A program made the position numbers and the translations under genes. Below, in pieces: positions 32,540 to 42,057 of a stretch of DNA of 64,000 nucleotides. Where the stretch lies: NCBI GenBank assembly GCA_049598495.1, contig JBMYNR010000002.1:1-64000 (forward strand), in the 5' to 3' direction. Each line of letters starts with the position of its first letter. Position 1 is the first letter of the stretch. The notes beneath the pieces are model-generated. The model was not told the DNA's origin, did no database searches, and saw only the letters and a program-made list of their open reading frames with translations. Source of the DNA: Opitutales bacterium. GTDB taxonomy: Bacteria > Verrucomicrobiota > Verrucomicrobiia > Opitutales > Coraliomargaritaceae.

Positions 32540-33895
32540 ATGAACAAGTTCATCGCACTCCTCCTTGCCGCCACGGTGGCGACCCACGCATCCATCGCGC
32601 AGTCTAATATCAATAGCCAGCTCTGGAGCGACCCGACCTTCGTCAACGAGTTTCTCGGCAGCTATGGTTTCCTCGCAGGCGCAGAGCCGCCCCTCTCCGA
32701 GGAAGAGAAAGAAGGTCTGCGAAACTTGATCGACCTGATCAAGGCAAGTCCTGCGGCGGCTATTCAGGCGCTGGAACCGCAGATTACAAAGAGCAGCAGC
32801 GCCGCGTTCGACTTCATTCTGGCGAACCTGTATTTCCAGGAGGCCAATCTCGCCAAGGCAGAAACCTACTACACAAACGCAGTCGTCAAACATCCCGACT
32901 TCCGCCGTGCATACAAAAACCTTGGTCTCGTACAAGTCCAGCAGGGCAATTTTGACAAGGCCATTAAAACCATCTCCAAAGCTATGGAGCTCGGTGAAGT
33001 CGACGGCCGTTCCTACGGCCTTCTTGGTTACGGTTATCTCACACAAGAGAAATACTACCCCGCCGAAGCGGCCTACCGGCAAGCGATCCTGATGCAGCCC
33101 GACGTCACCGACTGGAAGATCGGCCTCGCCCGCTGCCTCCTTGAAACCGAGCGCTATGCCGATGCGATCGCGATCTTTGAAACCCTGCTGATCGAAGAAC
33201 CGACCAACGCGGACTACTGGCTTCTTCAAGCCAACGCCTACCTCGGTAACGACCAACCGCTTGTCGCCGCCAAGAACCTCGACGTGGTTCGCCGTCTCGG
33301 CAAGGCCGAGCTCAGCACCCTCACCCTTCTCGGCGACATCTACATGAACGCCGACGCTGCAGAACTGGCTCTTGAGTCCTACCTCGCCGCAAGCGAACTG
33401 GCCACGCCTAGCGACAGCTCGGCTCTCATTCGCGCCGCTCAGCTTCTCAACCAGACGGGGAATGAAGACGAGGCTGAGACGATGATCACAAAAATCCGCA
33501 GCCAGATCGGCGAGGGGCTCTCGGAGGACGATGAGCTCACTCTCCTCAATATGGAGGCCAAGATCGCTCGCGCCCAGGGTGACGCGGAGGCCGCTGCCGA
33601 TCTGCTCACGCAGATCATCGAGCGGGACGCACTCAACGGCGAAGCCATTATCGAATTAGCAAATTTCTACGCAGATCAGGGAGAAATGGCTAAGGCGATC
33701 AACCGCTATGAACAGGCCCAGAAGATCGAAGCTTACGAGCGCAAGGCCTTGGTCGCCCACGCGCAGGCCCGTGTGCGCAACGAAGAATACGTAGAAGCTC
33801 TGCCACTTCTTCGCCGCGCCCTCCAGCTTGAGTCCGACAGCAACCTCGAAGATTACGCCAAACGCGTCGAACGAGCCGCCCGCGCCCAGGGTTAG
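32540..33895 (+). CDS. Periplasmic TPR protein
   Basis: Signal peptide and multiple TPR-like repeats. Confidence 0.88.
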   Translation: MNKFIALLLAATVATHASIAQSNINSQLWSDPTFVNEFLGSYGFLAGAEPPLSEEEKEGLRNLIDLIKASPAAAIQALEPQITKSSSAAFDFILANLYFQEANLAKAETYYTNAVVKHPDFRRAYKNLGLVQVQQGNFDKAIKTISKAMELGEVDGRSYGLLGYGYLTQEKYYPAEAAYRQAILMQPDVTDWKIGLARCLLETERYADAIAIFETLLIEEPTNADYWLLQANAYLGNDQPLVAAKNLDVVRRLGKAELSTLTLLGDIYMNADAAELALESYLAASELATPSDSSALIRAAQLLNQTGNEDEAETMITKIRSQIGEGLSEDDELTLLNMEAKIARAQGDAEAAADLLTQIIERDALNGEAIIELANFYADQGEMAKAINRYEQAQKIEAYERKALVAHAQARVRNEEYVEALPLLRRALQLESDSNLEDYAKRVERAARAQG

Positions 33896-34149
33896 AGAGG
33901 ACGCCCCGCTTCTGCAGGCATCGGATCGTAGTGACATCCGCTTGCGGATGTCTCCGACTATCCCGGCATAGACACCGCCAACACACGAGCCCCGAACGGA
34001 TAAAGATACGCACGATAATGCACTCTTACCTCAGGCCGCGCCGTGCAATCGGCACCCATAGGCCAAACCCGGACAAGACAAGTCGGCGGACTCCGTCGGG
34101 TCGCGTTCCCGGGATCGCCAGACTCCCGTCTGGCTCAGGGCTGGAGCCA

Positions 34150-34539
34150 TCAGTAACCCAGCACCTCCAACCCCTCCACACGCGAGAACTCCCGCGCATT
34201 ACGTGTCACCACCGCCGCATCATTCGCCAGCGCCGTTGCTGCGATCCAGAGATCATTGGCACCGATCATCTTTCCATCCCGCTGCAGTTGTCGGTAGGCC
34301 TGCCCAAATCTCCATGCGACTTCCGGTGTGTATTCATACAACCGAAACGGTTTGATAAAACGCTCCCACTTCGCACGATCGATCCCCAGCGATCGCCCAG
34401 CGGCCAACTCGCCGGCAATGGTAAACGTTATTGCAAACGCGGTGTTTTCGTGCGCTGCCAAAAAGGCGACCGCTCCATCCAGCAAGCCCCGTTTCCGATC
34501 CCTTTCGAAATCCACCAGAAACGTTGAATCCAAAATCAT
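34150..34539 (-). CDS. vapC: VapC PIN-domain toxin
   Basis: MILDSTFLVD, IGANDLWIAATAL, VTRNAREFSRV. Confidence 0.92.
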   Translation of the reverse strand: MILDSTFLVDFERDRKRGLLDGAVAFLAAHENTAFAITFTIAGELAAGRSLGIDRAKWERFIKPFRLYEYTPEVAWRFGQAYRQLQRDGKMIGANDLWIAATALANDAAVVTRNAREFSRVEGLEVLGY

Positions 34540-34760
34540 GGGATATCCGGAGGGGCATCATTCACATTGAGGGCATCAATCGCATCAAAATCCCCATCAT
34601 CCAAAAAGACCTCCCTCGCGAGCAATTCGCGTCCACATATACCCGCAACCGGAACCTGCACACGCCGCACCACCTCTGAGAACGACTCTCGCGGAAAGCG
34701 CTTGGCAGACTTCAGCTTTTCATAAGCATCCAGCTCTAAACTGATCGTTTTGGTTGGCAT
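34536..34760 (-). CDS. VapB-type antitoxin
   Basis: MPTKTISLELDAYEKLKSAK...ESFSEVVRR; overlaps vapC; palindrome ATTCATGCAT-N4-ATGCATGAAT just upstream. Confidence 0.82.
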   Translation of the reverse strand: MPTKTISLELDAYEKLKSAKRFPRESFSEVVRRVQVPVAGICGRELLAREVFLDDGDFDAIDALNVNDAPPDIP

Positions 34761-34791
34761 ACAACTATTCATGCATGAGTATGCATGAATG

Positions 34792-35220
34792 TCAATCCAG
34801 CGGATGCCGCCACATCAAGGGCGCGTATCTCGCAAAACCACGATCCAGACTGGCCCACTCGTACCCATACTCGATCGCAAGCGCCGCGTGGTAGGCATCC
34901 GGAATTCGATTGCCCGTCGCCTCAAATGTAGAGAGCAATTTAACGAAGATGCTCCAGTGCTCCGAACCGGGAACCGCAATACGCACGGATCCGCGCGCCC
35001 GGAAATCCTCCACAAACTCTATGGCTTCGGCTAGGGGTGTCGGCTCCCGAAACACCCTCGGATGCGTCACAACGCGCAGGAACCCGCTGAGAACCAACTC
35101 TGAAACACCGACCCCGGAGTAGCTTTTCATCTCTGCAGCCAGCCAGTCGCGAATCGCGCCATGATGGGGCGCATCCTCACGATGCGCTTCGACCAAAATG
35201 TTGACGTCCAGTAGCTTCAC
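34792..35220 (-). CDS. vapC: VapC PIN-domain toxin
   Basis: LLDVNILV, FLRVVTHPRVF, PDAYHAALAIE, DRGFARY. Confidence 0.92.
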   Translation of the reverse strand: MKLLDVNILVEAHREDAPHHGAIRDWLAAEMKSYSGVGVSELVLSGFLRVVTHPRVFREPTPLAEAIEFVEDFRARGSVRIAVPGSEHWSIFVKLLSTFEATGNRIPDAYHAALAIEYGYEWASLDRGFARYAPLMWRHPLD

Positions 35221-35223
35221 CGC

Positions 35224-35469
35224 TCAATCGGTCCCGTCCATCAAGTCGCCGAGCGCGGCGTTATCGCTCAACGGCACACCAGGACGGAGGCCACCACCCT
35301 TGTAGGTTTTCAAAGGCCTGCCTTCCTCCGCCCCGACCAACGGCGCCTTCTCAATGAGACGGTAGCGCAGCGCATCGTTGACGATGTCGCTCAACGTGCA
35401 CTTCTCCCGAATCGCCTGCTCTTTTGCCCGCTCCAGTAAGCTGTCCTGTATACCCACGGTCGTTCTCAT
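35224..35469 (-). CDS. VapB-type antitoxin (RHH)
   Basis: MRTTVGIQDSLLERAK; upstream of PIN gene. Confidence 0.8.
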   Translation of the reverse strand: MRTTVGIQDSLLERAKEQAIREKCTLSDIVNDALRYRLIEKAPLVGAEEGRPLKTYKGGGLRPGVPLSDNAALGDLMDGTD

Positions 35470-35645
35470 TACATGATGATGTATTAGCTATGCATCATGA
35501 TGCAAACTAAAATATTCCTCCGAAGCATAACCGCCCCCCTTCGTTCACCAATCCTCAACCATTCTGTAACTCGAAACAGAAGCTTCACCAACGTCACCTG
35601 AACGTCGGTAGCCCTCGGGCCCGCGCTGCGATATAATTGTGCGTG

Positions 35646-36419
35646 ATGATCACACGTTTTCCTATTCTTCTCGTAGCCTCCGTGCTGCTCGCCGTCGCGG
35701 CGCACGCCAACACTCACGACCCGCAACTTCAGAAAGTCCTGCACAAGCACCTCGATGCCATGGGCGGCCTCGCCAACTGGAACCGGGTCGAGAGCATCCA
35801 GCTCAACGGCACGATCGAGCGCGACGGACAGTTCGTCGACCTCGTTATCGTCAAAAAGCGCCCCAACCAGATCCGAGCGACCGTCACCATTCCGGTGCCT
35901 GGCAAAGAGGACGAGTTTTTCCAGATCATCCGCGCCCACGACGGCAAGACCGCCTGGACCGCAACGCGCCTCGCCGGCCAGCTCGACATGACCCGAGAAG
36001 TACTCCCCGAAGAAGCTGCCGCCAAACTCCTAGCCGACGCCGGTGTCCTCCCCCCGCTTATCAAACTCTGGCGCGGAGACGCCGACTTGAAACTCCTTGT
36101 TTCTGAGGTTATAGACAGCCAGAATTATCACACCATCCGCGTGACGGGTGAGGATTTTCCCAGCGAATACACCTTCTACCTCGACGCCGAGACTTACTTC
36201 GTCACACAGTACGAAACCGTCCACCCGACTCATGGCGTTACCCGCACATCACTGGGCGATTACACGAAAACGCACAACGTTCTCCTCCCGAAGCGTAACG
36301 AGATTCAGGCAGATCAGACCGGCCAATCCATCATGACTACGGATTCAATCAAAGTCGGGGTCGGCATCTACCGGGAGTATTTCGAGGCAGACAACCTGCC
36401 GAATACTGCCAAGCTATAA
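35646..36419 (+). CDS. Exported protein, LolA-like/lipoprotein-sorting fold
   Basis: Signal peptide, KHLDAMGG..W..V.SI...G and beta-rich body. Confidence 0.65.
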   Translation: MITRFPILLVASVLLAVAAHANTHDPQLQKVLHKHLDAMGGLANWNRVESIQLNGTIERDGQFVDLVIVKKRPNQIRATVTIPVPGKEDEFFQIIRAHDGKTAWTATRLAGQLDMTREVLPEEAAAKLLADAGVLPPLIKLWRGDADLKLLVSEVIDSQNYHTIRVTGEDFPSEYTFYLDAETYFVTQYETVHPTHGVTRTSLGDYTKTHNVLLPKRNEIQADQTGQSIMTTDSIKVGVGIYREYFEADNLPNTAKL

Positions 36420-36425
36420 TTGAAC

Positions 36426-37481
36426 TCAATTCAGCAATGGGCGCTCAACCGGATCAACCTGCAGGTTCCGGAAACTCCGCATCCCGCCCCATTCGGCGCA
36501 GCGCATAGGGTAGGCATTACACTTCCGAACTAGGCCGTATCGGCTCTTCCACTGCCCACCCAAATCCGACAGAAAATGTTCTGAACCGATCGCTGTGCCC
36601 GCAGTGAAATAACGGACTCGAGTGCGTAGCACATCCGACAGCGGCAGCTTTCCCCCATCCGCGATGATTCTGTCCGCACGTCCCGGATCAACTCGGCCAC
36701 GGTCTTTGACTAAGGTCCCCTTACTCGTCATGCCTTTGCCGTAGAGAATCACCCGATAATCCGGCAATAGTTCGCTCCACATCGCACTACCGCAAAATAC
36801 ACCCTGGTAGCCCATGCGAGCTGCCCGACGCCCCCGCATAGCTGCGCCATAGCTGCTGAACGCATAATCCTCAGGGTCATCGACTAATCCTGCGCGCACC
36901 GGGTTCAGATCGATGTAGGCTGCAACGGTGGTCAGCGCTTCCCTGGAAGACTCCACCACCACACTCGTGAAGCGTTTCGCCCAAATCGTTCCTTTATTCT
37001 GGTGTCGATGATTGTACCAAATCCCGAACCGCTGTTTCAATTCCCGCATAAAGACTGAAAGGTCGTGCATCCGCGCAAGGATTCGCACCCGCAAGGCCTG
37101 CCCCTCCTCCTCATTCCGTTCCAGCAGTCCGGCCAAGACATCGGGAGCCGCCGAAGATGCCGGACAGTGCTTCGAATCATAAAGTAAGCGGTAGCGGCGC
37201 AGTAGCTCCGCATCGGTGATCGCCACATCCTCCGGCACCGCCACCAGCAGGTGGAAGTGGTTTCCCATCACGCAATAGGCCAGCACATCCACTCCACAGA
37301 AACCCGCCTGCCTACGCAACATTTCGACGAACACCCGTTTTGCTTCATCGTCGAAAAGATACTGCCCGCACGAAGTCCGGCTCATCACATGATAACCCCC
37401 CCGCTGCCCCTCGACCAACAAACGCCCCCGATACCCCGCACGCCTCAGATAACTCGCTTCCATAACTTCACACTCACCCAT
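36426..37481 (-). CDS. Y1 HUH transposase (RAYT/IS200-like)
   Basis: YHVMSR, AYCVMGNHFHLLV (HUH), YIDLNPVRAGLV...YAFSSY. Confidence 0.92.
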   Translation of the reverse strand: MGECEVMEASYLRRAGYRGRLLVEGQRGGYHVMSRTSCGQYLFDDEAKRVFVEMLRRQAGFCGVDVLAYCVMGNHFHLLVAVPEDVAITDAELLRRYRLLYDSKHCPASSAAPDVLAGLLERNEEEGQALRVRILARMHDLSVFMRELKQRFGIWYNHRHQNKGTIWAKRFTSVVVESSREALTTVAAYIDLNPVRAGLVDDPEDYAFSSYGAAMRGRRAARMGYQGVFCGSAMWSELLPDYRVILYGKGMTSKGTLVKDRGRVDPGRADRIIADGGKLPLSDVLRTRVRYFTAGTAIGSEHFLSDLGGQWKSRYGLVRKCNAYPMRCAEWGGMRSFRNLQVDPVERPLLN

Positions 37482-37517
37482 CCAGCCAAATTGAGCAAGC
37501 TCATTCTTAATAAATAG

Positions 37518-37586
37518 CCTGTGTATTTTAAGATCCTGTGTATTTTAAGATCCTGTATTTTAAGATCCTGTGTATTTTAAGATCCT
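37518..37586. repeat. Tandem repeat CCTGTGTATTTTAAGAT x4 (17, 17, 15, 17 bp)
   Basis: Read directly from the sequence, just upstream of the Y1 transposase. Confidence 0.95.
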
Positions 37587-37926
37587 CGAAGGAACTGATA
37601 TAGCACTTTCAGATGTAAGTGATTTCAACGGAGAACCCGCGTATATCCTCGAAGTTCACCAAGCATTTGCACTGACGCATTTTTATATTTCTACCGACAG
37701 CTACCGAATGCTGGGCTCTGAAAAAATATCCGCTGAAGGCCGCACCGCTACGACATACGAAGCATATCAATTGAATAATGGCGTCTACATCCCAACCGTA
37801 TCAGTAATCGAATCTGAAGGCACTGGTCATTCAATCATTACAACTGAATCAATCGAGATCGGAGTAGGTATCTACGAAGAGTATTTCGAATATACACCAT
37901 CTCATCAAACCGCGCACACGCGATGA
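37573..37926 (+). pseudogene. 5'-truncated paralogue of 35646-36419
   Basis: TGHSIITTESIEIGVGIYEEYF versus TGQSIMTTDSIKVGVGIYREYF; no signal peptide or N-terminal half. Confidence 0.8.
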
Positions 37927-38037
37927 GGACGACCCCCATGAAACCACATGTTGTTTGAAGGCCTACGGCGGGGGCATGTAACATTAAATTCACACAAGTA
38001 ATATTGAACGATTCTCTAATCGCTAAAATATTGCGAC

Positions 38038-38715
38038 ATGCTAAATCCACTAAAAGCATGGCAGAGAAGATTATGCAAAGGCACTTTGCTTATTTTGGTG
38101 TGTCTGTTTGCGAGACATGCAAGTGGTGAATCTGACTACTATAAGCTCCGAGGTGTATTGCATTTAGATAGAGAATGGCTTTTTAGCCTAAGTACGGAAA
38201 ACGCCTCAAATGCTTTGTGGGCAAAGATTGGGCAGAACCCATACGGGATCTTCGTAATCGGCTTCGACGAATCGACCCAGAGGCTCCGGCTCAGTATTCA
38301 CGGGCAAGAAACGGAACTGCAGCTAGAGAATAAACTCGAAATTCCTGTCGAACTCATTGTAAGCGAGGCCACATCATTGCATTCTCGGAACGAAAGATAC
38401 CGAGAGGCCGTCCGAATAGCAGCGACTTTCCTCATTCAGACGCCGAGAGCAGACATACTTGATGCACCGATCGACGAGACCTACAGAAGAGTGCTTGAGG
38501 AATCCCGTAATGAGATTGCTGCGCGCACATCCAGCCCGATCGGGCCGACAGACAATACGGAGACCCGTGTAGACCCCAATCAACTCGATCTATTTAATAC
38601 TTTTCAGTGGGATGTACAATTAGAGTTAAGGCACCAAATTCAGCTTAAAATCGCAGAAGCCAATCCGACAGTAATCCCAGTAGTGGAGCAGGCCTGGGAA
38701 AACGGTCAACGTTGA
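38038..38715 (+). CDS. Exported hypothetical protein, possible GspC/PilP-like domain
   Basis: Hydrophobic N-terminus, then KLRGVL...FSL...W...G...GFD...LRL...G...LQL pattern. Confidence 0.5.
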   Translation: MLNPLKAWQRRLCKGTLLILVCLFARHASGESDYYKLRGVLHLDREWLFSLSTENASNALWAKIGQNPYGIFVIGFDESTQRLRLSIHGQETELQLENKLEIPVELIVSEATSLHSRNERYREAVRIAATFLIQTPRADILDAPIDETYRRVLEESRNEIAARTSSPIGPTDNTETRVDPNQLDLFNTFQWDVQLELRHQIQLKIAEANPTVIPVVEQAWENGQR

Positions 38716-39500
38716 ATGGACTGCTGAAGAGCTGACTCGTTCTCCACTTGCAATTGAATCTCTTCAATCAGCTCACTTAGATCTGATTCGTTGAGAAGTC
38801 TACCGTTGCTATCAATGAGCGCAGAATATCCATGGCTCTGGCGCTGGTGGGCGAACATCTTGAGATAGGATGGAGTGATCCATCCATACATGACTGGATA
38901 ATGCCAACCGATTTGAAAAACATTCTCGAGCAAATCATCATCGTCGATATCCAGAGCTAGAGCCACTGGTAAAACACCGAGTTCTTGGAGCAATTCGGAG
39001 TGCTCTTGCAAGGCAAGCAATTCTCCTGAGGATGATTCGATTTTAAAGTCCACGTAACAGACAAGTAGATAGTTCACATCCTCAAAATCGTACAGCTGCG
39101 TGGAGCGAAATTCCCTGTCCTCCTCGAGCACAAAAAACTTGTTATACAAGCGTGTGATATAGAGGTCATTTCGGAAATCTTCTCGATCACTTGCTTTTTC
39201 CACCAGCTGTTCGGCCGAATCCAGAATATCGGTCTGGTCGATTCTGACCTGGCGCACGCCATCGCGTCCAAAATCGATTAGAACCATCTCCCCTTCTACA
39301 CGGGAAAGTATGCCACTCCAACCCTCTGGAATCGTCAGAGCGTCATCTTCAGACGAGAAAATTACTTCTTCGGTAAGGGTTACTCGAGAAGGCCAATATT
39401 TAGAAAGGATGTGAAGATTGCTCTCATCGACATTGGAATGAAGCAGTAATGGCGTGGTGAAGAGTGAAATAGTGGTAACAAGGAGATTTACAGTCTTCAT
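38706..39500 (-). CDS. Exported hypothetical protein, possible thioredoxin-like C-domain without CxxC
   Basis: 264-aa ORF with signal-like N-terminus; ALIDSNGRLL near the C-terminus. Confidence 0.55.
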   Translation of the reverse strand: MKTVNLLVTTISLFTTPLLLHSNVDESNLHILSKYWPSRVTLTEEVIFSSEDDALTIPEGWSGILSRVEGEMVLIDFGRDGVRQVRIDQTDILDSAEQLVEKASDREDFRNDLYITRLYNKFFVLEEDREFRSTQLYDFEDVNYLLVCYVDFKIESSSGELLALQEHSELLQELGVLPVALALDIDDDDLLENVFQIGWHYPVMYGWITPSYLKMFAHQRQSHGYSALIDSNGRLLNESDLSELIEEIQLQVENESALQQSIQR

Positions 39501-39520
39501 AGATGATCGATTGATATAGA

Positions 39521-39550
39521 AAAGGCGTAGGGCATTTGCCCTACGCCTTT
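39521..39550 (-). terminator. Intrinsic terminator after PEP-CTERM gene
   Basis: AAAGGCGTAGGGC-ATTT-GCCCTACGCCTTT. Confidence 0.8.
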
Positions 39551-39568
39551 AAAATGAAACAAGTAGTA

Positions 39569-40318
39569 TTACTTGCGACGACGGATAGCAACAAAACCAA
39601 GCGCGATAACACCAGCAAGAGCGGCGAACGCACTGGGCTCAGGAACAACAGTACCGTAAACAGCAACGTTGTCGAGGAGGACAAACTCGTCGCCGAAGGC
39701 ATTTGCATCGTTCAGGCCTGTGAATGAGAGGCGGAAGAAAATTTCGCTGGATGCTGTTGCGTCAGCAAAACCAAAGAAAGAACCTCCTTCATCACCACCA
39801 GCAACTGCGTCAGAACCAAGGTTCAGATAGTTTGAGCCATCGAAGCTGTACTCCCAATCAAGAGTAACACCATCAGCGACACTACCACCGATACCTGCAG
39901 CGTAGCTGAGGCCCCAAGTGTTGAAAGCAGAGCCAGCATTAACAGCGATCACTACGTTTCCGGGGAAACCAGCAGTGTAACCATCAAGCAGCAAAGAGTT
40001 ACTACCGGAGAAATCCTCAGATGGAAGAGGACGAGTTGTGATGTCAGCGTTACTTGCAAGACCTGCTGGGTTGTTCGAATAAACAACATTAGAACCACCA
40101 GTTGAGTCTGTGGAGCCAAACTGACCATCGAAATGCACAGCACCGAAGTTGCCAGCATTCACGTCAGGCGCAAGGTCTGTAGTCTCGGCAGAGATGAAAG
40201 GGAGGCCGCCTGAATAATCAGTCACATCCGTAAAATCCCAACCTGCAATAAGGCTTTGAGCATTGGCGGCTGCAACTGACAAAAGAGATGCAGCAGCGAT
40301 GTATGTATATTTTTTCAT
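39569..40318 (-). CDS. PEP-CTERM surface protein
   Basis: Signal peptide; C-terminal VPEPSAFAALAGVIALGFVAIRRRK. Confidence 0.93.
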   Translation of the reverse strand: MKKYTYIAAASLLSVAAANAQSLIAGWDFTDVTDYSGGLPFISAETTDLAPDVNAGNFGAVHFDGQFGSTDSTGGSNVVYSNNPAGLASNADITTRPLPSEDFSGSNSLLLDGYTAGFPGNVVIAVNAGSAFNTWGLSYAAGIGGSVADGVTLDWEYSFDGSNYLNLGSDAVAGGDEGGSFFGFADATASSEIFFRLSFTGLNDANAFGDEFVLLDNVAVYGTVVPEPSAFAALAGVIALGFVAIRRRK

Positions 40319-40381
40319 TTTTAACTTAGTCGGATTAAATACTTCCCTACCCCAATACGAGGCAGGGAAGTAGATTAAATC

Positions 40382-41953
40382 TTAGAGACGGTCAACGATG
40401 ATTCCAGCAGTATTGAGAGCTGTCCAACCTGTTGTCCAGAGCTCAAGAGAAGCATTCGGTTGGAATGCACCACGGTATGACTGGGCGTCGAAGAAGTTGC
40501 TGCCCAGATCGACTGTGCTGCCCCATGCTGCGGAACTATCAGGATTAGGAACTGGATTGAATGTACCACCAGTCAGATCAGAAAGATCGATGCCACCTTG
40601 GTCGACAGCGAAGAAACCTGTACCAACTTGGCCGAAACCTGGGTCAGCGCTAGCAATATTTGCTTCGGATTCACCTTCAGTGTTGTTGATGATACCTTCT
40701 TCGAAAGCAGAGTTCGCGATAGTGGCAGCTGTGCCAGAACCAACATTGAAGAAAGTAAGACCAGCGATGTTGAATGTGCCGGCTGTTACACGATTTTGAG
40801 ACTTAACACTTGGGTAGCCGAACAGAACAGGGAGATCAGTGCCCGCAAAAAGAACACCACCAGTGTTGTCAACGCGAAGACCCTTGGTGGATGGGAAACC
40901 AGCGATCAGGCTATTCTTGAAGCTGCCACCGAAACCACGACGGAAGCGTGTAGCAGTATCATCAGAGCCGAGCATACCGATAACTGTGAAGTTAGCAAGG
41001 TGCGCGGAAGCAAATGGACGACCGTCAGCAGAGATGTTGTCTTCGTCACCATTACCTGGAGTGCCGTCGAAATCATCTGTGTCATCCCCATCAAGCTCAA
41101 TAGCGTGGTCAGCTGTGATTGTGTTACCATTTACGATCAAAACGTTCTGAGCGAAACCGTTCCAGCCGTGGTCACCGTCGAAGCCATCGTCATCGTGGCC
41201 GAAAAGAACGAGATTCTTAACACCAACTGTGCCACCGAAGATTTCGATACCGTCATCACCGGAACCGAAGACTTCAACGAACTGAACCTTAGTGCCAAAA
41301 CCTACACCACCGAGTGTGAGGCCTTGAATCTCTTGACCATCAACAATAACGTCACCGGAGTAACGGATTGAGATGTATTCAAGAACACCAGAGTTGTCAT
41401 TCGCATCGAAGCCACCGTAGAGGCTACGGGCATCCTCTGTGATACCTTCAATGTAAGCTTCACCAGGAGAACCAGTGTCAACAGTACCTACATTACAAGG
41501 AGCATTACCAAGAACAACCAAAGCGCCCCAGAGATTAGCAGCTACAGCGATTGGAGATGTTTTTGGAGCTGCATCCAAGAATGTATCACCAGATGTCCAG
41601 CGACCATTGGAGTCGTCAGCAGCAGTTGTGAAAATGATAGGATTACTTTGTGTGCCTGAAGCATTAATCTTACCATCACGAGTGATGACAAGAAGGCCAG
41701 GCTCACCACCCACGTCAGGTTGACCACGAACGATCACACCTTCTTGGATTGTAAGAGTCGCGTCGTTTTGAACGAAGAGAGGACCCTCAAGAATGAACTC
41801 ACCGTTAGCAGGAAGAGTTAGGTCGCCAGTCAGGTTAAAGGAACCGTCACCCACATCAGTGATCTGAGAGAAGTTCGCGTTTACAAGAGATGTCTGTGCG
41901 AAAGCAGATGTGGCCATCGCAGCAGCAGCAATTGTTAGTGTAAGTTTTTTCAT
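40382..41953 (-). CDS. Secreted acidic beta-helix-repeat protein associated with the TBDR
   Basis: Signal peptide; DNSGVLEYISIRY, GLTLGGVG, DDGIEIFGG, DDDGFDGDHGW repeats; YRGAF...WTTGWT end. Confidence 0.8.
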   Translation of the reverse strand: MKKLTLTIAAAAMATSAFAQTSLVNANFSQITDVGDGSFNLTGDLTLPANGEFILEGPLFVQNDATLTIQEGVIVRGQPDVGGEPGLLVITRDGKINASGTQSNPIIFTTAADDSNGRWTSGDTFLDAAPKTSPIAVAANLWGALVVLGNAPCNVGTVDTGSPGEAYIEGITEDARSLYGGFDANDNSGVLEYISIRYSGDVIVDGQEIQGLTLGGVGFGTKVQFVEVFGSGDDGIEIFGGTVGVKNLVLFGHDDDGFDGDHGWNGFAQNVLIVNGNTITADHAIELDGDDTDDFDGTPGNGDEDNISADGRPFASAHLANFTVIGMLGSDDTATRFRRGFGGSFKNSLIAGFPSTKGLRVDNTGGVLFAGTDLPVLFGYPSVKSQNRVTAGTFNIAGLTFFNVGSGTAATIANSAFEEGIINNTEGESEANIASADPGFGQVGTGFFAVDQGGIDLSDLTGGTFNPVPNPDSSAAWGSTVDLGSNFFDAQSYRGAFQPNASLELWTTGWTALNTAGIIVDRL

Positions 41954-42057
41954 AGTAGAATTTAAGTTATGATGAAGCCTGAGAAGTCAGGCGTATAGAG
42001 TGTAGTTCAGAATAGTCACAGTCTTGCGGTACAAATGTTACGATTTTGTAAACTAGA

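Noticed and set aside
37518..37586. Possible CRISPR array
   Set aside because: Units are contiguous with no spacers, and there are no cas genes
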